Shown here one piece after another: positions 17,718 to 27,715 of a stretch of DNA of 64,000 nucleotides. The notes under the pieces were generated by a model, which made no database searches, was not told the DNA's origin, and was given only the letters and a program-made list of their open reading frames with translations. The DNA comes from an uncultured Gemmatimonadales bacterium (GTDB lineage Bacteria > Gemmatimonadota > Gemmatimonadetes > Palauibacterales > Palauibacteraceae): contig CAWANJ010000007.1 in assembly GCA_963783385.1 (NCBI GenBank), positions 224,001 through 288,000 of the forward strand. Direction: 5' to 3'. Made by a program: the position numbers and the translations under genes. The first letter of the stretch is position 1. Each line of letters starts with the position of its first letter.

Positions 17718-19502
17718 TCAGTCGCTGAACATCACGTGGGTCTCGTACGCCTCCATGAGGTGGGAGCGGCCCAGCATCCCGAGGAGACGGTGGGATCCGT
17801 CGCCCTCCACCACCGGGATGAAGTCCAGGTCCCTCACCCCCATCTTCCGCATCGCCTCCAGCAGCGTTTCGTCGGGGGACACGGTCTCGATGTCCTCGAG
17901 CATGAGGTCGGCCACCAGGAGGAGTCCGCCCATGTCCTCCTGCGCCACGGCCCGCGCGAGCTCGGGGTAGCTGAGGACGCCCACCAGCTCGAGGTCCCGG
18001 TTCACCACGGGGAAGTCGGTCTGCCGGGAGCGCCGCAGGCGGTTGAGGAGCTCCCGGACGGGCGCGTCCTCGGTCACCACGTCGGGGTCGCGGTCGTAGC
18101 ATTCCCGCACCGACACGCTCTCGAGGACCGAGCGGTCGACGCCCGGACGGATCTTCTCACCCTCGCGGGCCAGGGCCAGGGTGTAGATCGAGTCGCCGTT
18201 CAGGCCGCGCGCCAGCACGTAGCTCACCACGCACACGAGCATGAGGGGCAGGATGAGCCCGTAGTCGTTCGTCATCTCGAACACGATGATGATCGCCGTG
18301 AGCGGGGCGAAGGTCGCGCCGGACAGCACCCCGGCCATGCCCGCCAGAGCGTACGCCTCGGGCCGGATTCCGAGGCCCGGGAACAGGCTCTGGATCGTGA
18401 GGCCGAAGAAGCTCCCGAAGGAGGCTCCCACGAACAGGGAGGGGCTGAACACGCCGCCGGCGCCCCCTCCCCCCATGGTCAGGCCCGCCGTGACGCCCTT
18501 GAGGAGCGCCACCGCCAGGGCCAGGACGCCGGCCAGCTGGCCGAACAGCACCATCTGGATCCCGGGGCGTCCGGGACCCAGGAGCTGCGGATGGACGAAG
18601 CCGGCCGCGGCCACCAGGAGGCCGCCCACCAGCGGGGGGCCGAGCCACGGCACCGGCATGCGTTCGGCGAAGTCGAGCGCCAGGTAGAAGATCCGAACGA
18701 AGAACACCGCGACCAGGCCGGTGGCCAGTCCCAGCGCCAGGTAGAAGCCCAGCTGCCGAACGGACACGAGCAGGAACTCGGTCGGCACGTCGAAGGAGGG
18801 GTGGCTCCCCAGGTAGGCACGGGAGACCACCGCGCCGACCACGCTCGCCACGACCACGGGACTGAGGGCGGTCACCGTGAAGGTCCCGAGCACCACCTCG
18901 AGCGCGAACATGACGCCCGCGATGGGCGCGTTGAAGGCGGCCGAGATGCCGGCGGCGGCCCCGCAGCCCAGGAGCACCTTGGTGCGGTTCGCGCGGAAGC
19001 GGAACAGCTGCGCCAGGCCCGAGCCCACCGTGCCGCCCGCCAGCGCCACGGGCCCCTCCGCGCCCAGGGAGCCGCCCGCGCCCAGGGTGACGGCGGCGCA
19101 GAACACCTTGGCGAGGGTCCGCAGGACGGGAAGCTCCCCTCGCTTCCGGGCCACCGACACCATGAGGGTGGGGACCATCTCCCCGCTGCCACCGCCGGCG
19201 AGCGCGAAGCGCATCCACCGGGCCACGCCCAGGCCGACCGGGACCAGGAGGAAGGCGGCCCAGCGCGGATCCAGGGGCAGGCCGAGGTGGGAGACGGACC
19301 AGTCCGCCCCCGCCCGGATCAGGTGGACGATGGCGTAGAAGCCCACGATAGCGTAGCCGGCTCCGGCCCCGATCGCCGCGGCGAAGACGATGATGACCCA
19401 GTCCTCGTCCACGTCGCGATCGAGCAGGAAGCGGGTGATCCGGCGCCACCACGGAAGGTGCCGGGCCCGCTTCCGAGGCCGCGACTTCCAGGGACGTGTC
19501 AT
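17718..19502 (-). CDS. CLC-family chloride channel/transporter with two CBS domains
   Basis: GSG, GSLGAEGP, AAFNAPIAG, GGVFSP, FEMTNDY; C-terminal CBS pair. Start taken at ATG 19502. Confidence 0.92.
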   Translation of the reverse strand: MTRPWKSRPRKRARHLPWWRRITRFLLDRDVDEDWVIIVFAAAIGAGAGYAIVGFYAIVHLIRAGADWSVSHLGLPLDPRWAAFLLVPVGLGVARWMRFALAGGGSGEMVPTLMVSVARKRGELPVLRTLAKVFCAAVTLGAGGSLGAEGPVALAGGTVGSGLAQLFRFRANRTKVLLGCGAAAGISAAFNAPIAGVMFALEVVLGTFTVTALSPVVVASVVGAVVSRAYLGSHPSFDVPTEFLLVSVRQLGFYLALGLATGLVAVFFVRIFYLALDFAERMPVPWLGPPLVGGLLVAAAGFVHPQLLGPGRPGIQMVLFGQLAGVLALAVALLKGVTAGLTMGGGGAGGVFSPSLFVGASFGSFFGLTIQSLFPGLGIRPEAYALAGMAGVLSGATFAPLTAIIIVFEMTNDYGLILPLMLVCVVSYVLARGLNGDSIYTLALAREGEKIRPGVDRSVLESVSVRECYDRDPDVVTEDAPVRELLNRLRRSRQTDFPVVNRDLELVGVLSYPELARAVAQEDMGGLLLVADLMLEDIETVSPDETLLEAMRKMGVRDLDFIPVVEGDGSHRLLGMLGRSHLMEAYETHVMFSD

Positions 19503-19731
19503 CTCGTCAGGAGCATGTCTCGCGTGCGTTCGGATGAAGGCGGCCCGGTCGCCGACGCGGCGCGGGCGACGGCGTCCACGGAGCCAGGTGGCGTGCAGTA
19601 TCGGGCCGGGGCCGGAGGCCGGCAACGGGTCGGCCGTTGCTCCGAGGCTGTCTCCCCTCTATCCTCCACCGTCATGACGACTCCGCGACGGACCTGACCG
19701 GACTCCCACGACCTCCTCCCGCGACCCGCTC

Positions 19732-22700
19732 ATGGAGCAGACGGCCTCCACGAAACAGTGGATCGACCGGGTGATCGACTTGCTCTCCGGCGAGCGCCCC
19801 GACGCCTCGGGCGGCGCACTGGAGAGCTTCGGACGGCGTCTGCTGGCGCGCGCCTCGGCCGACCTCCTGGAACGACGCGACCCCGAAGCCCTGGCCGCCG
19901 ACGTGGCGTCCCTGTTCGACTTCGTGCAGGAGCGCGGCCTGGGCGAGATCGGCGTGCGGGTGAGACCCGTGCCCGGTCGGTCGCACCGTACGGTGATCGA
20001 GACGGTCATGCCCGACCGGCCTTTCATCGTCAACACCCTGCGCGAGTACCTGCACGGGGAGGACCTCGCGATCACCCACCTCCTCCACCCGGTGGTGGCC
20101 ATCGAGCGGGACGAAGAGGGACGGATCGCGGCGGTGCGGGGGCGGGACGCCGGGGGCCCCCACACGTCGGTCGTGCACCTCGAGATCGAGGGAAGGGTGG
20201 AGCCCGGGGTCGCGCGGAAGATCGAGGACGACCTGCGCTATCGCCTGCGGCAGGTGCAGCTCGCGACCGACGACTTCGGTGCCATGGTCGAGCGCTGCCG
20301 CGAGATCAGCGCGGACCTCGAGGAGGAGAAGGAGCGCGTGCCGTGGCGGGCGGCCGAGCTCTCCGAGGTCCAGGAGCTGCTGTCGTGGCTGGAGGACGGC
20401 GACTTCGTCTTCCTGGGCTACAGGGCCTACGACCTGGACAGCCGCAACGATACGCGCTGGATCCGGGTCGAGGAGGGCACCGGCCTCGGCATCCTCCGGG
20501 AGGAGAGCACCTCCCGGTACGCGGAGCCGCAGCGAGTCGAGGACCTGCCCGCCGACTTGCGCGCGCGCGTGCTCGGCGGCCCGCTGCTCATCGTGTCGAA
20601 GACGAACGCCGAGTCTCCGGTCCACCGCCGGGCCCGCATGGACTACATTGGGATCAAGAAGCTGGGACCCGAGGGCGAGGCGATCGGTGAGAGGCGCTTC
20701 CTGGGCCTGTTCACGGCGAAGGCGTATGCCGAGGACGCCTCGAACATCCCCATCCTGCGGCGCAAGCTGAAGGAGATCCTCGAGGCCGAGGGCGCGTCCA
20801 AGGGATCGCACGACTACAACCAGATCGTGCAGATCTTCAACAGCATGCCCAAGGAAGAGCTGTTCCTGGCGTCCGTGCCGGAGTTCCTGGCCGTGATCGG
20901 CGAGGTGATGGCGACGGAGGGCTCCGACGAGGTCCGAGTCCTGGCCCGTCCGGACCCGCTGGCGCGGGGCGTCAACGTGCTCGTCATGCTTCCCCGCGAG
21001 CGCTTCTCCGAAGAGGTGCGCCTCCAGGTCCGGGAGGATCTGCTGGAGGCGTACGGCGGCGAGGTGCTGGACTACCACCTGGCCATGAACGGCGGCGACC
21101 AGGCCCGTCTGCACTTCTATCTGAGCACCGAGCTCGAGGAGATCGCCTCCGTCGACGTGCTCGCGCTGGAGGACCGGGTCCGCCGCTCCGTGCGCAGCTG
21201 GGACGAACGGCTCTCCGACGCCCTGGAGCGCACGCACGATGTCGATGCCGCCCACGCCCTCGCCGACCGTCACCAGGAGGACTTCTCGGCCGAGTACAAG
21301 GCCACCATCGAGGTGGAGACGGCCGTCGAGGACATCGGCCATCTGGAGAACCTGGCCGCCACGGGGCTCCAGCAGCTCTCGCTGGAGTCGGCCGAGGGTG
21401 GGCGTGAGGGCGCCTGGACGCTCAAGGTATTCTCCCCGCGGGGCATGTACGTCCTCAGCGACCTGATGCCCATCCTCGAGAACCTCGGGTTCCGCGTCAT
21501 CGGCGCCGACAAGTACGACCTCGGCCAGGCCGGCGGCGTGGGCCGGACGATCCACACCTTCCAGGTCGAGACGCCGGCGGGCTGGGCGATCGACACGCGG
21601 GACGCCGCCGACCGGGTGGTCGAGGTGTTCCGCGCCGTGCGCCAGCGCCGCGCCGAGGACGACCGGCTGAACTCGCTGGTGCTGTCGGCCGGGCTGGACT
21701 GGCGTCAGGTCGCGCTCCTGCGGGCCTACGCCGGCTACGCGTTCCGGATCGGTGCGGTGTCGAGCCGGGCCGGCGTTCGCCGGGCCCTCACCGGTCACCC
21801 GGACGCGGCCCGCCTCCTGTTCGATATGTTCGAGGCCCGCCACGACCCGAGCCGCACCGAGGAGCCCGGTCCCGCCGTGGCCGAGCTCCGGGAGCGCTTC
21901 CGCGACGCGCTCGACACGATCGAGGGCATCGAGGAAGATCGGACCTTCCGGCGACTCCTCAACCTGGTCCAGGCCACGGTGCGCACGAACTTCTTCCAGA
22001 CGTCGAGCCACGTCAGCGAGGAAGGGACGATCGCGCTCAAGTTCGACGGTCGGCGGATCGAGGTGCTGCCGTCGCCGCGTCCCCGCTACGAGATCTACGT
22101 GAGCAGCGGGCACACCGAGGGCGCCCACCTGCGGATGGACACGGTGGCGCGGGGCGGGATCCGGTGGAGCGACCGGAGCGAGGATTTCCGGGTCGAGGTG
22201 CTGGGGCTGGTTAAGACCCAGCAGGTCAAGAACGCCGTCATCGTCCCGGCGGGAGCCAAGGGCGCCTACGTGGTCAAGCGCGCGCCGGAGGGACGGGCCG
22301 CCCTGCGCGAGGCCGGCGTGGCCAGCTACCGGGAGTTCATCGGCTCGCTCCTCGACCTCACGGACAACATCGTCGATGGCAAGGTGGTCCACCCGCCGGA
22401 CACGGTGATCCGCGACGGCGAGGATCCTTACCTGGTCGTCGCCGCCGACAAGGGCACGGCCGACCTGTCCGACACGGCCAACGATCTGTCCGCGGCCTGC
22501 GGCTTCTGGCTCGGTGACGCTTTCGCCTCGGGCGGCTCGCACGGCTACGACCACAAGGAGCTCGGGATCACGGCCCGCGGGACGTGGGAATCCGTCAAGC
22601 GGCACTTCCGGGAGATGGGCGTCGACATCCAGGAGGAGCCGTTCACGGTCGTCGGCATCGGGGACATGAGCGGCGACGTGTTCGGAAACGGCATGTTGCT

Positions 22701-24561
22701 GAGCCGCCGGATCCGTCTGGTGGCCGCCTTCGACCACCGGCACATCTTCCTGGATCCCGACCCCGATCTCGACACGAGCTTCGAGGAGCGCCGCCGGATG
22801 TTCGCGCTTCCCTCGTCGAGCTGGGCGGACTACGACCCCGCCCGGATCAGCGAGGGCGGCGGGGTGTTCGAGCGCGGCGCCAAGCGCATCCCCCTCTCGC
22901 GCGCGGCCCGCGACGTCCTCGGCATCGAGGACGAGGCAGTCAACGGTGAGACCCTCATCCGGGCCATTCTGCGCGCCAACGTGGACCTGCTGTGGAACGG
23001 CGGCATCGGCACGTACGTCAAGGCGAGCGACGAGACGCACGGGCAGGTCGGCGACTCCGGCAACGACGGCGTCCGGGTGGACGCGGACGAGCTGCGGGCG
23101 CGGGTGGTGGGGGAGGGCGGCAACCTGGGGTTCACGCAGCGTGCCCGGATCGAGTATGCGCTCCGCGGGGGGCGAATCAACACCGACGCACTCGACAACT
23201 CGGCGGGCGTCGACATGTCGGACCACGAGGTGAACCTCAAGATCCTGCTGGCGCCCGCCGTGGAGGCGGGCCTCCTGGACCCGGAGGCCCGCAATGCGCT
23301 CCTGGTCGAGGTGACGGAGGACGTGGTCGAGGACGTCCTCGAGCACAACGAGCGCCAGAGCCTGGCCATCAGCCTCGACGAGCATCGGGTACGGGAGTCC
23401 CCCGCCGAGTTCGGCGACGCCCTGGTCACCCTCGAGCGCGAGGATCTCCTGGACCGGGCGCTGGAGTCGCTGCCGACGACCGAGGCGCTGATCGAGCGCC
23501 AGGAGGCGTACCAGCACCTCACGCGGCCGGAGCTGTGCGTGCTGCTCGCCTACGCGAAGCTGCATCTCAAGCGCCGCCTCCAGGACACGGACCTCGCCGG
23601 CGACTCGGCGCTGTCCGAGCTCCTGCGCGATTACTTCCCGGCGCATGCCGTCGAGATCGCCGGCCCCGACAGGGTCGAGCGGCACCGGCTGGCTCCCCGC
23701 ATCATTGCGACGGGCCTCACGAACCTGTTCGTCGACCTCATGGGCTCGACCCGGCACCTGGAGCTCGTCCGGGAGACGGGGCGGCCGGCCGAAGAGGTGG
23801 CGCTGGACTGGTACGCCGCCTACCGGATCGGGCGCGCCGACCGGCTGCGGAAGGGCCTGAAGGCGATCGAGGCAAGGGTACCCGCCGGAGTGTACGGGCG
23901 CTGGCAGCTGCGCCTGTCGGATGCGCTCGAGCGCGCCACCCGGTGGCTCCTGGCGAACACCGACCCGGCGTGGTCCATCATGCAGCGGGTGGAGGCGTAC
24001 GGCGCGCGCGTGGACGAGCTCAGGGAGGCGCTTCCCCGCCTGCTGACCGGCTCCGGGCTGCAGGAGTTCGAGTCCCAGCAGAGGTTGCACGCCACCGACG
24101 GACTTCCGGACGACGTGGCGGAGGAGCTGGTGGGCTTCGACCATCTGGAGGCGCTGCTCCCGGTGGCCGAGCTGGCGCGGGAGCACGGCCTGGACGCGGT
24201 CCTCGTGGGCGAGATCTTCTTCGGCATCGCCGAGGACGTCGACTTCCCGTGGCTCCAGGCCCGGCTGGGCTCCATCGCGGGCCGGGACCTGTGGGAGCAG
24301 CGGGCCGCCAAGACCCTCGCCCTGCAGCTCGAGACCGCCCGCATGCGCATCGCGGCCCGCCTGTTGGGACAGCTCGACGGGCCGGAGGCGTCCACCGTCG
24401 AAGCGGTCCTGGCCCGCTTCAGGGAAGCTCACGCCGTGGAGCTCGACCGCATCGGCCACGTGCTGGCCGACGTGCGCTCGGTGGCCGAGCCCAACCTGGC
24501 CGCCCTCATGGTGGCCGTCCACGCGATCGGTTCCCAATCGCTGGCGCGCGCCGGCGTCTAG
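19732..24561 (+). CDS. gdhB: Large (about 1600 aa) NAD-specific glutamate dehydrogenase
   Basis: ARGGIRWSDR, KNAVIVPAGAKG, YLVVAADKGTA, FASGGSHGYDHK, GIGDMSGDVFGNG, NSAGVDMSDHEVNLKI. Confidence 0.95.
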   Translation: MEQTASTKQWIDRVIDLLSGERPDASGGALESFGRRLLARASADLLERRDPEALAADVASLFDFVQERGLGEIGVRVRPVPGRSHRTVIETVMPDRPFIVNTLREYLHGEDLAITHLLHPVVAIERDEEGRIAAVRGRDAGGPHTSVVHLEIEGRVEPGVARKIEDDLRYRLRQVQLATDDFGAMVERCREISADLEEEKERVPWRAAELSEVQELLSWLEDGDFVFLGYRAYDLDSRNDTRWIRVEEGTGLGILREESTSRYAEPQRVEDLPADLRARVLGGPLLIVSKTNAESPVHRRARMDYIGIKKLGPEGEAIGERRFLGLFTAKAYAEDASNIPILRRKLKEILEAEGASKGSHDYNQIVQIFNSMPKEELFLASVPEFLAVIGEVMATEGSDEVRVLARPDPLARGVNVLVMLPRERFSEEVRLQVREDLLEAYGGEVLDYHLAMNGGDQARLHFYLSTELEEIASVDVLALEDRVRRSVRSWDERLSDALERTHDVDAAHALADRHQEDFSAEYKATIEVETAVEDIGHLENLAATGLQQLSLESAEGGREGAWTLKVFSPRGMYVLSDLMPILENLGFRVIGADKYDLGQAGGVGRTIHTFQVETPAGWAIDTRDAADRVVEVFRAVRQRRAEDDRLNSLVLSAGLDWRQVALLRAYAGYAFRIGAVSSRAGVRRALTGHPDAARLLFDMFEARHDPSRTEEPGPAVAELRERFRDALDTIEGIEEDRTFRRLLNLVQATVRTNFFQTSSHVSEEGTIALKFDGRRIEVLPSPRPRYEIYVSSGHTEGAHLRMDTVARGGIRWSDRSEDFRVEVLGLVKTQQVKNAVIVPAGAKGAYVVKRAPEGRAALREAGVASYREFIGSLLDLTDNIVDGKVVHPPDTVIRDGEDPYLVVAADKGTADLSDTANDLSAACGFWLGDAFASGGSHGYDHKELGITARGTWESVKRHFREMGVDIQEEPFTVVGIGDMSGDVFGNGMLLSRRIRLVAAFDHRHIFLDPDPDLDTSFEERRRMFALPSSSWADYDPARISEGGGVFERGAKRIPLSRAARDVLGIEDEAVNGETLIRAILRANVDLLWNGGIGTYVKASDETHGQVGDSGNDGVRVDADELRARVVGEGGNLGFTQRARIEYALRGGRINTDALDNSAGVDMSDHEVNLKILLAPAVEAGLLDPEARNALLVEVTEDVVEDVLEHNERQSLAISLDEHRVRESPAEFGDALVTLEREDLLDRALESLPTTEALIERQEAYQHLTRPELCVLLAYAKLHLKRRLQDTDLAGDSALSELLRDYFPAHAVEIAGPDRVERHRLAPRIIATGLTNLFVDLMGSTRHLELVRETGRPAEEVALDWYAAYRIGRADRLRKGLKAIEARVPAGVYGRWQLRLSDALERATRWLLANTDPAWSIMQRVEAYGARVDELREALPRLLTGSGLQEFESQQRLHATDGLPDDVAEELVGFDHLEALLPVAELAREHGLDAVLVGEIFFGIAEDVDFPWLQARLGSIAGRDLWEQRAAKTLALQLETARMRIAARLLGQLDGPEASTVEAVLARFREAHAVELDRIGHVLADVRSVAEPNLAALMVAVHAIGSQSLARAGV

Positions 24562-24568
24562 CGCCGTA

Positions 24569-24594
24569 GCGGAGAGGCCCCGCGCGCCTTCCGC
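24569..24594. terminator. Possible hairpin between convergent gdh and glnA
   Basis: GCGGAG-A-GGC...GCC-TTCCGC fills the 33-bp gap; no U tract. Confidence 0.3.
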
Positions 24595-26004
24595 CTAGTA
24601 GGTGGACAGGTACTTGCCGACCTCCCAGTCGGTGACCTGGGCGATGTACTCGGCCCACTCCTTCTTCTTGGCGGACGTGAAGTTGTGGAAAATGTGCTCG
24701 CCGAGCGCATCCCGGAGCACCTCGTCCGCCTCCAGCTCCGCCACCGCCTCGCCGAGGTTGGCGGGAAGGGTGTCCATGTCGTAGCGGGCGCGCTCCTCCT
24801 CGGAGAGCTCCCACACGTTCGTGTCGATCGGGGGACCCGGGTCGATCTGGTTGCGGAGCCCGTCGAGCCCGGCCGCGAGCTGGACGGCCAGCGCCAGGTA
24901 CGGGTTGCAGGAGGGGTCGGGCATGCGGAACTCGACCCGCGTCCCCTTCCCGCGCCGCTCCGGGACCCGGATCATCGGGGAGCGGTTGCGGCGGGACCAG
25001 GCGATGTTGACCGGCGCCTCGTACCCCGGGACCAGCCGCTTGTAGCTGTTGACCAGGGGGTTGGTGATGGCGGCGATGGCACGCGCGTGCTTCTTCAGCC
25101 CGCCAATGTACCAGCGCATGGCCTCGGAGAGCTCGAACTCCCCGTCGGGGTCGAAGAAGGCGTTGTCGTCGCCCTCGAACAGCGACTGGTGTGTGTGCAT
25201 GCCCGACCCGTTCTGACCGAAGATGGGCTTGGGCATGAAGGTGGCGTGGAGTCCGTGCGCCAGCGCGGCGTTGCGGACGATGAAGCGGAAGGTCGACAGG
25301 TTGTCCGCGGTCACCACCGCGTCGGCGTACTTGAAGTCGATCTCGTGCTGGCCCGGCGCGACCTCGTGGTGGGCGGCCTCGATCTCGAAGCCCATGGCCT
25401 CCAGGTCGTTCACGATCATGCGGCGCGCCTTTTCGCCCAGGTCCACGGGCGTGAGATCGAAGTAGCCGCCGGCGTCGTGCGTGAGGGTGGTCGGGTTGCC
25501 CTCCTCGTCGCGCCGGAACAGGAAGAACTCCGCCTCCACGCCCGCCATCATCGCGTAACCCATGCCGGCCGCGTCGGCCACCACCCGCTTGAGGGCGAGC
25601 CGCGGGTCACCGCCGAAGGGAGATCCGTCCGGGTCGAGCGTGTCACAGATGAGCCGTGCGACCCGTGCCTCGGGGTTGCCCCACGGGAACACCCGGAAGG
25701 TCGACAGGTCCGGCGCCAGGAGCATGTCGCTCTCCTCGATCCGCACGAAGCCCTTGATCGACGACCCGTCGAACATGATCTCGCCGTCCAGCGCCTTCTG
25801 GAACTGGCTGGCCGGCACTTCCACGTTCTTGGTATGCCCCAGGATGTCGGTGAAGGTGAGGCGAAGGAACCGCACGTTGAGAGCCCGGCACAACTCCAGG
25901 ATCCCCGCGGGTTCCGGCGCCCCGCCCAGCTTCTTTCCGTAGTGCTCGTACTGCGTTTCCGCGGAATGCTCCGCCGGCGCGCCGAACAGTGTGTCCTGGG
26001 TCAT
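24595..26004 (-). CDS. glnA: Type I glutamine synthetase
   Basis: AAGGAGG RBS; FDGSSI, EAEFFLF, HHEVAPGQHEI, TFMPKP, NGSGMHTH, SYKRLVPGYEAP, RVEFRMPDPSCNPY. Confidence 0.97.
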   Translation of the reverse strand: MTQDTLFGAPAEHSAETQYEHYGKKLGGAPEPAGILELCRALNVRFLRLTFTDILGHTKNVEVPASQFQKALDGEIMFDGSSIKGFVRIEESDMLLAPDLSTFRVFPWGNPEARVARLICDTLDPDGSPFGGDPRLALKRVVADAAGMGYAMMAGVEAEFFLFRRDEEGNPTTLTHDAGGYFDLTPVDLGEKARRMIVNDLEAMGFEIEAAHHEVAPGQHEIDFKYADAVVTADNLSTFRFIVRNAALAHGLHATFMPKPIFGQNGSGMHTHQSLFEGDDNAFFDPDGEFELSEAMRWYIGGLKKHARAIAAITNPLVNSYKRLVPGYEAPVNIAWSRRNRSPMIRVPERRGKGTRVEFRMPDPSCNPYLALAVQLAAGLDGLRNQIDPGPPIDTNVWELSEEERARYDMDTLPANLGEAVAELEADEVLRDALGEHIFHNFTSAKKKEWAEYIAQVTDWEVGKYLSTY

Positions 26005-26074
26005 CGACCTTCCTCCTTGACGATTGAACGCTCCTGCTGCGGACCGGGCCCTCGCCGGTCGGCACGCTCCACGA

Positions 26075-26090
26075 TGCACAGTATGTGCCG
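26075..26090 (-). promoter_or_regulatory. Putative sigma54 -24/-12 promoter of glnA
   Basis: Minus strand CGGCACATACTGTGCA fits GG-N10-GC, about 70 bp upstream of the glnA ATG in an AT-richer intergenic region. Confidence 0.6.
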
Positions 26091-26326
26091 AATCGTCAAG
26101 TATGCGGCCCATATTGGTCCGATACATCGTCCAAGTTGCGCTATTCATGTTGTTTAATGTCGTGCCAAGAACTCATATCACTCATTCGCGCAATTTCCAT
26201 GGGGCACAGGCGGGCGGCGTCCGCCCCGCCGGCTGACGCGAAGACGCCACACACGTGGTGCGGGCTCCTCCCGAGCCGGCCGGGCTCCATGTGGCGACCC
26301 GGACTGGAGGGGCGTACCTTGCCCGC

Positions 26327-27715
26327 ATGTCGCGACTTCCCACGCTCTCGGTCCCGACGGGATCCCTGCGTGGCCAGCTGCTGGCCGGTCTTGCCGTCCT
26401 CCTGTTCGCCGCCTTGCTGGCCAGCATGGCCGTGGTGCTGGTGTCGATCCCGATCGGGTGGTCGCCCGGCCTGATGGGGCTGATCCTGCTGGTGCTGGCG
26501 TTCGGGGAGGTGGCCGTGCTGCTCCTGTTCGGTGACTACCTGCTCCGCCACCTGTTCCTCCAGCCGCTGGGGCGGATGGTGTCCGAGGCCGAGCGGATCG
26601 CGCAGGGAGAGCAGTGGCACCGGATCGAGGTGGAGAGCCCGGGGGAGCTGACGCGGTTGGCGGAGGCCGTGAACGCGATGGCGGCCCACCTGATCGAGAA
26701 CCAGCGCATGCTCGCGCACAACGTGCACTCGCTGGACGAGACCAACCGGGCCCTCACCGAAGCCAGGAACGAGCTGGTCCAGGCAGAGAAGCTCGCCTCG
26801 GTCGGTCGGCTGGCGGCCGGTCTGGCACACGAGATCGGCAACCCCCTCAACTCGATCCTGGCGTATGCCGACGTGGGCCGGCGCCGGGGGGCCGAGGGGG
26901 AGTGGATCGACGGCATCGTGCACGAATCCCACCGGATCGACCGGATCGTGGCGGGCCTCCTCGACTATGCGCGTCCCAAGAGTGGACCTCCGGCGCTGGT
27001 CCAGGTGAACGAGATCGTGGCGGAGACGGTCTCCCTGCTCTCCGTGCAGGGGCGCTTCAGGAAGGTCGACGTGACGACCGAGCTCGCTCCCCATCTGCCG
27101 GAGGTGAAGCTCAATCCCGATCGGCTCCAGCAGATCCTCGTCAACCTCCTCCTCAACGCCTGCGACGCCGTCGAGGAGGGTCTCGGCGACGCGGAGGAAG
27201 CTCGGGCCGAAGGATCGGCGGGCGGCCACGGGGGCGGAGCGGACACGCGCGGGGAGGCCGGGTCGTCCGGTCGCACCGGGTCCATACGGGTCACCAGCTC
27301 CCTGGTCCGCCACGAGGGGGCGCCGGGCGACGGGGTGCGCGCACGGCGCAAGGACGACCCCGAAGAGATCGACTACTCCCACCTGCGCCGCTTCCGGAGC
27401 CAGCCCGCCGAGGTCCCGCGACCCCACTTCGACGAGGGGCAACCTCTCGTGGAGATCGCCGTGGCCGACGACGGCCCGGGGATCCCCGACGCGCAGCTGG
27501 AGCGGGTGTTCGACCCGTTCTTCACCACCAAGGAGCCCGGCCGTGGAACGGGGCTGGGCCTGGCGGTGTCCGCGCGCCTCGCCTATCGCATGGGGGGCAC
27601 GATCGAGGTGTCGCATCGGCGCGGTGGGGGGACGGTGTTCACCGTGCTCCTCCCGCTGGCCGAGGACACCCGCCGCCCCGTTCCCGATCCTGAATCGCGC
27701 GAGGAGAGCCCGTGA
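26327..27715 (+). CDS. Membrane sensor histidine kinase (2 TM, HAMP, HisKA, HATPase_c)
   Basis: [50 protein letters not shown]. Start uncertain. Confidence 0.92.
   Translation: MSRLPTLSVPTGSLRGQLLAGLAVLLFAALLASMAVVLVSIPIGWSPGLMGLILLVLAFGEVAVLLLFGDYLLRHLFLQPLGRMVSEAERIAQGEQWHRIEVESPGELTRLAEAVNAMAAHLIENQRMLAHNVHSLDETNRALTEARNELVQAEKLASVGRLAAGLAHEIGNPLNSILAYADVGRRRGAEGEWIDGIVHESHRIDRIVAGLLDYARPKSGPPALVQVNEIVAETVSLLSVQGRFRKVDVTTELAPHLPEVKLNPDRLQQILVNLLLNACDAVEEGLGDAEEARAEGSAGGHGGGADTRGEAGSSGRTGSIRVTSSLVRHEGAPGDGVRARRKDDPEEIDYSHLRRFRSQPAEVPRPHFDEGQPLVEIAVADDGPGIPDAQLERVFDPFFTTKEPGRGTGLGLAVSARLAYRMGGTIEVSHRRGGGTVFTVLLPLAEDTRRPVPDPESREESP

Noticed and set aside
4462-24537. Very long alternative-frame or antisense ORFs (e.g. 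4462-9549 minus, 9558-13265 plus, 10363-13335 minus, 19672-24537 minus)
   Set aside because: They shadow well-supported genes, are Arg/Gly/Pro-rich with no motifs, and are expected from stop-codon scarcity in high-GC DNA.
26152-26168. Second sigma54 promoter for glnA (minus strand TTGGCACGACATTAAAC)
   Set aside because: Good -24 element but no GC at -12; the 26075-26090 site fits better.
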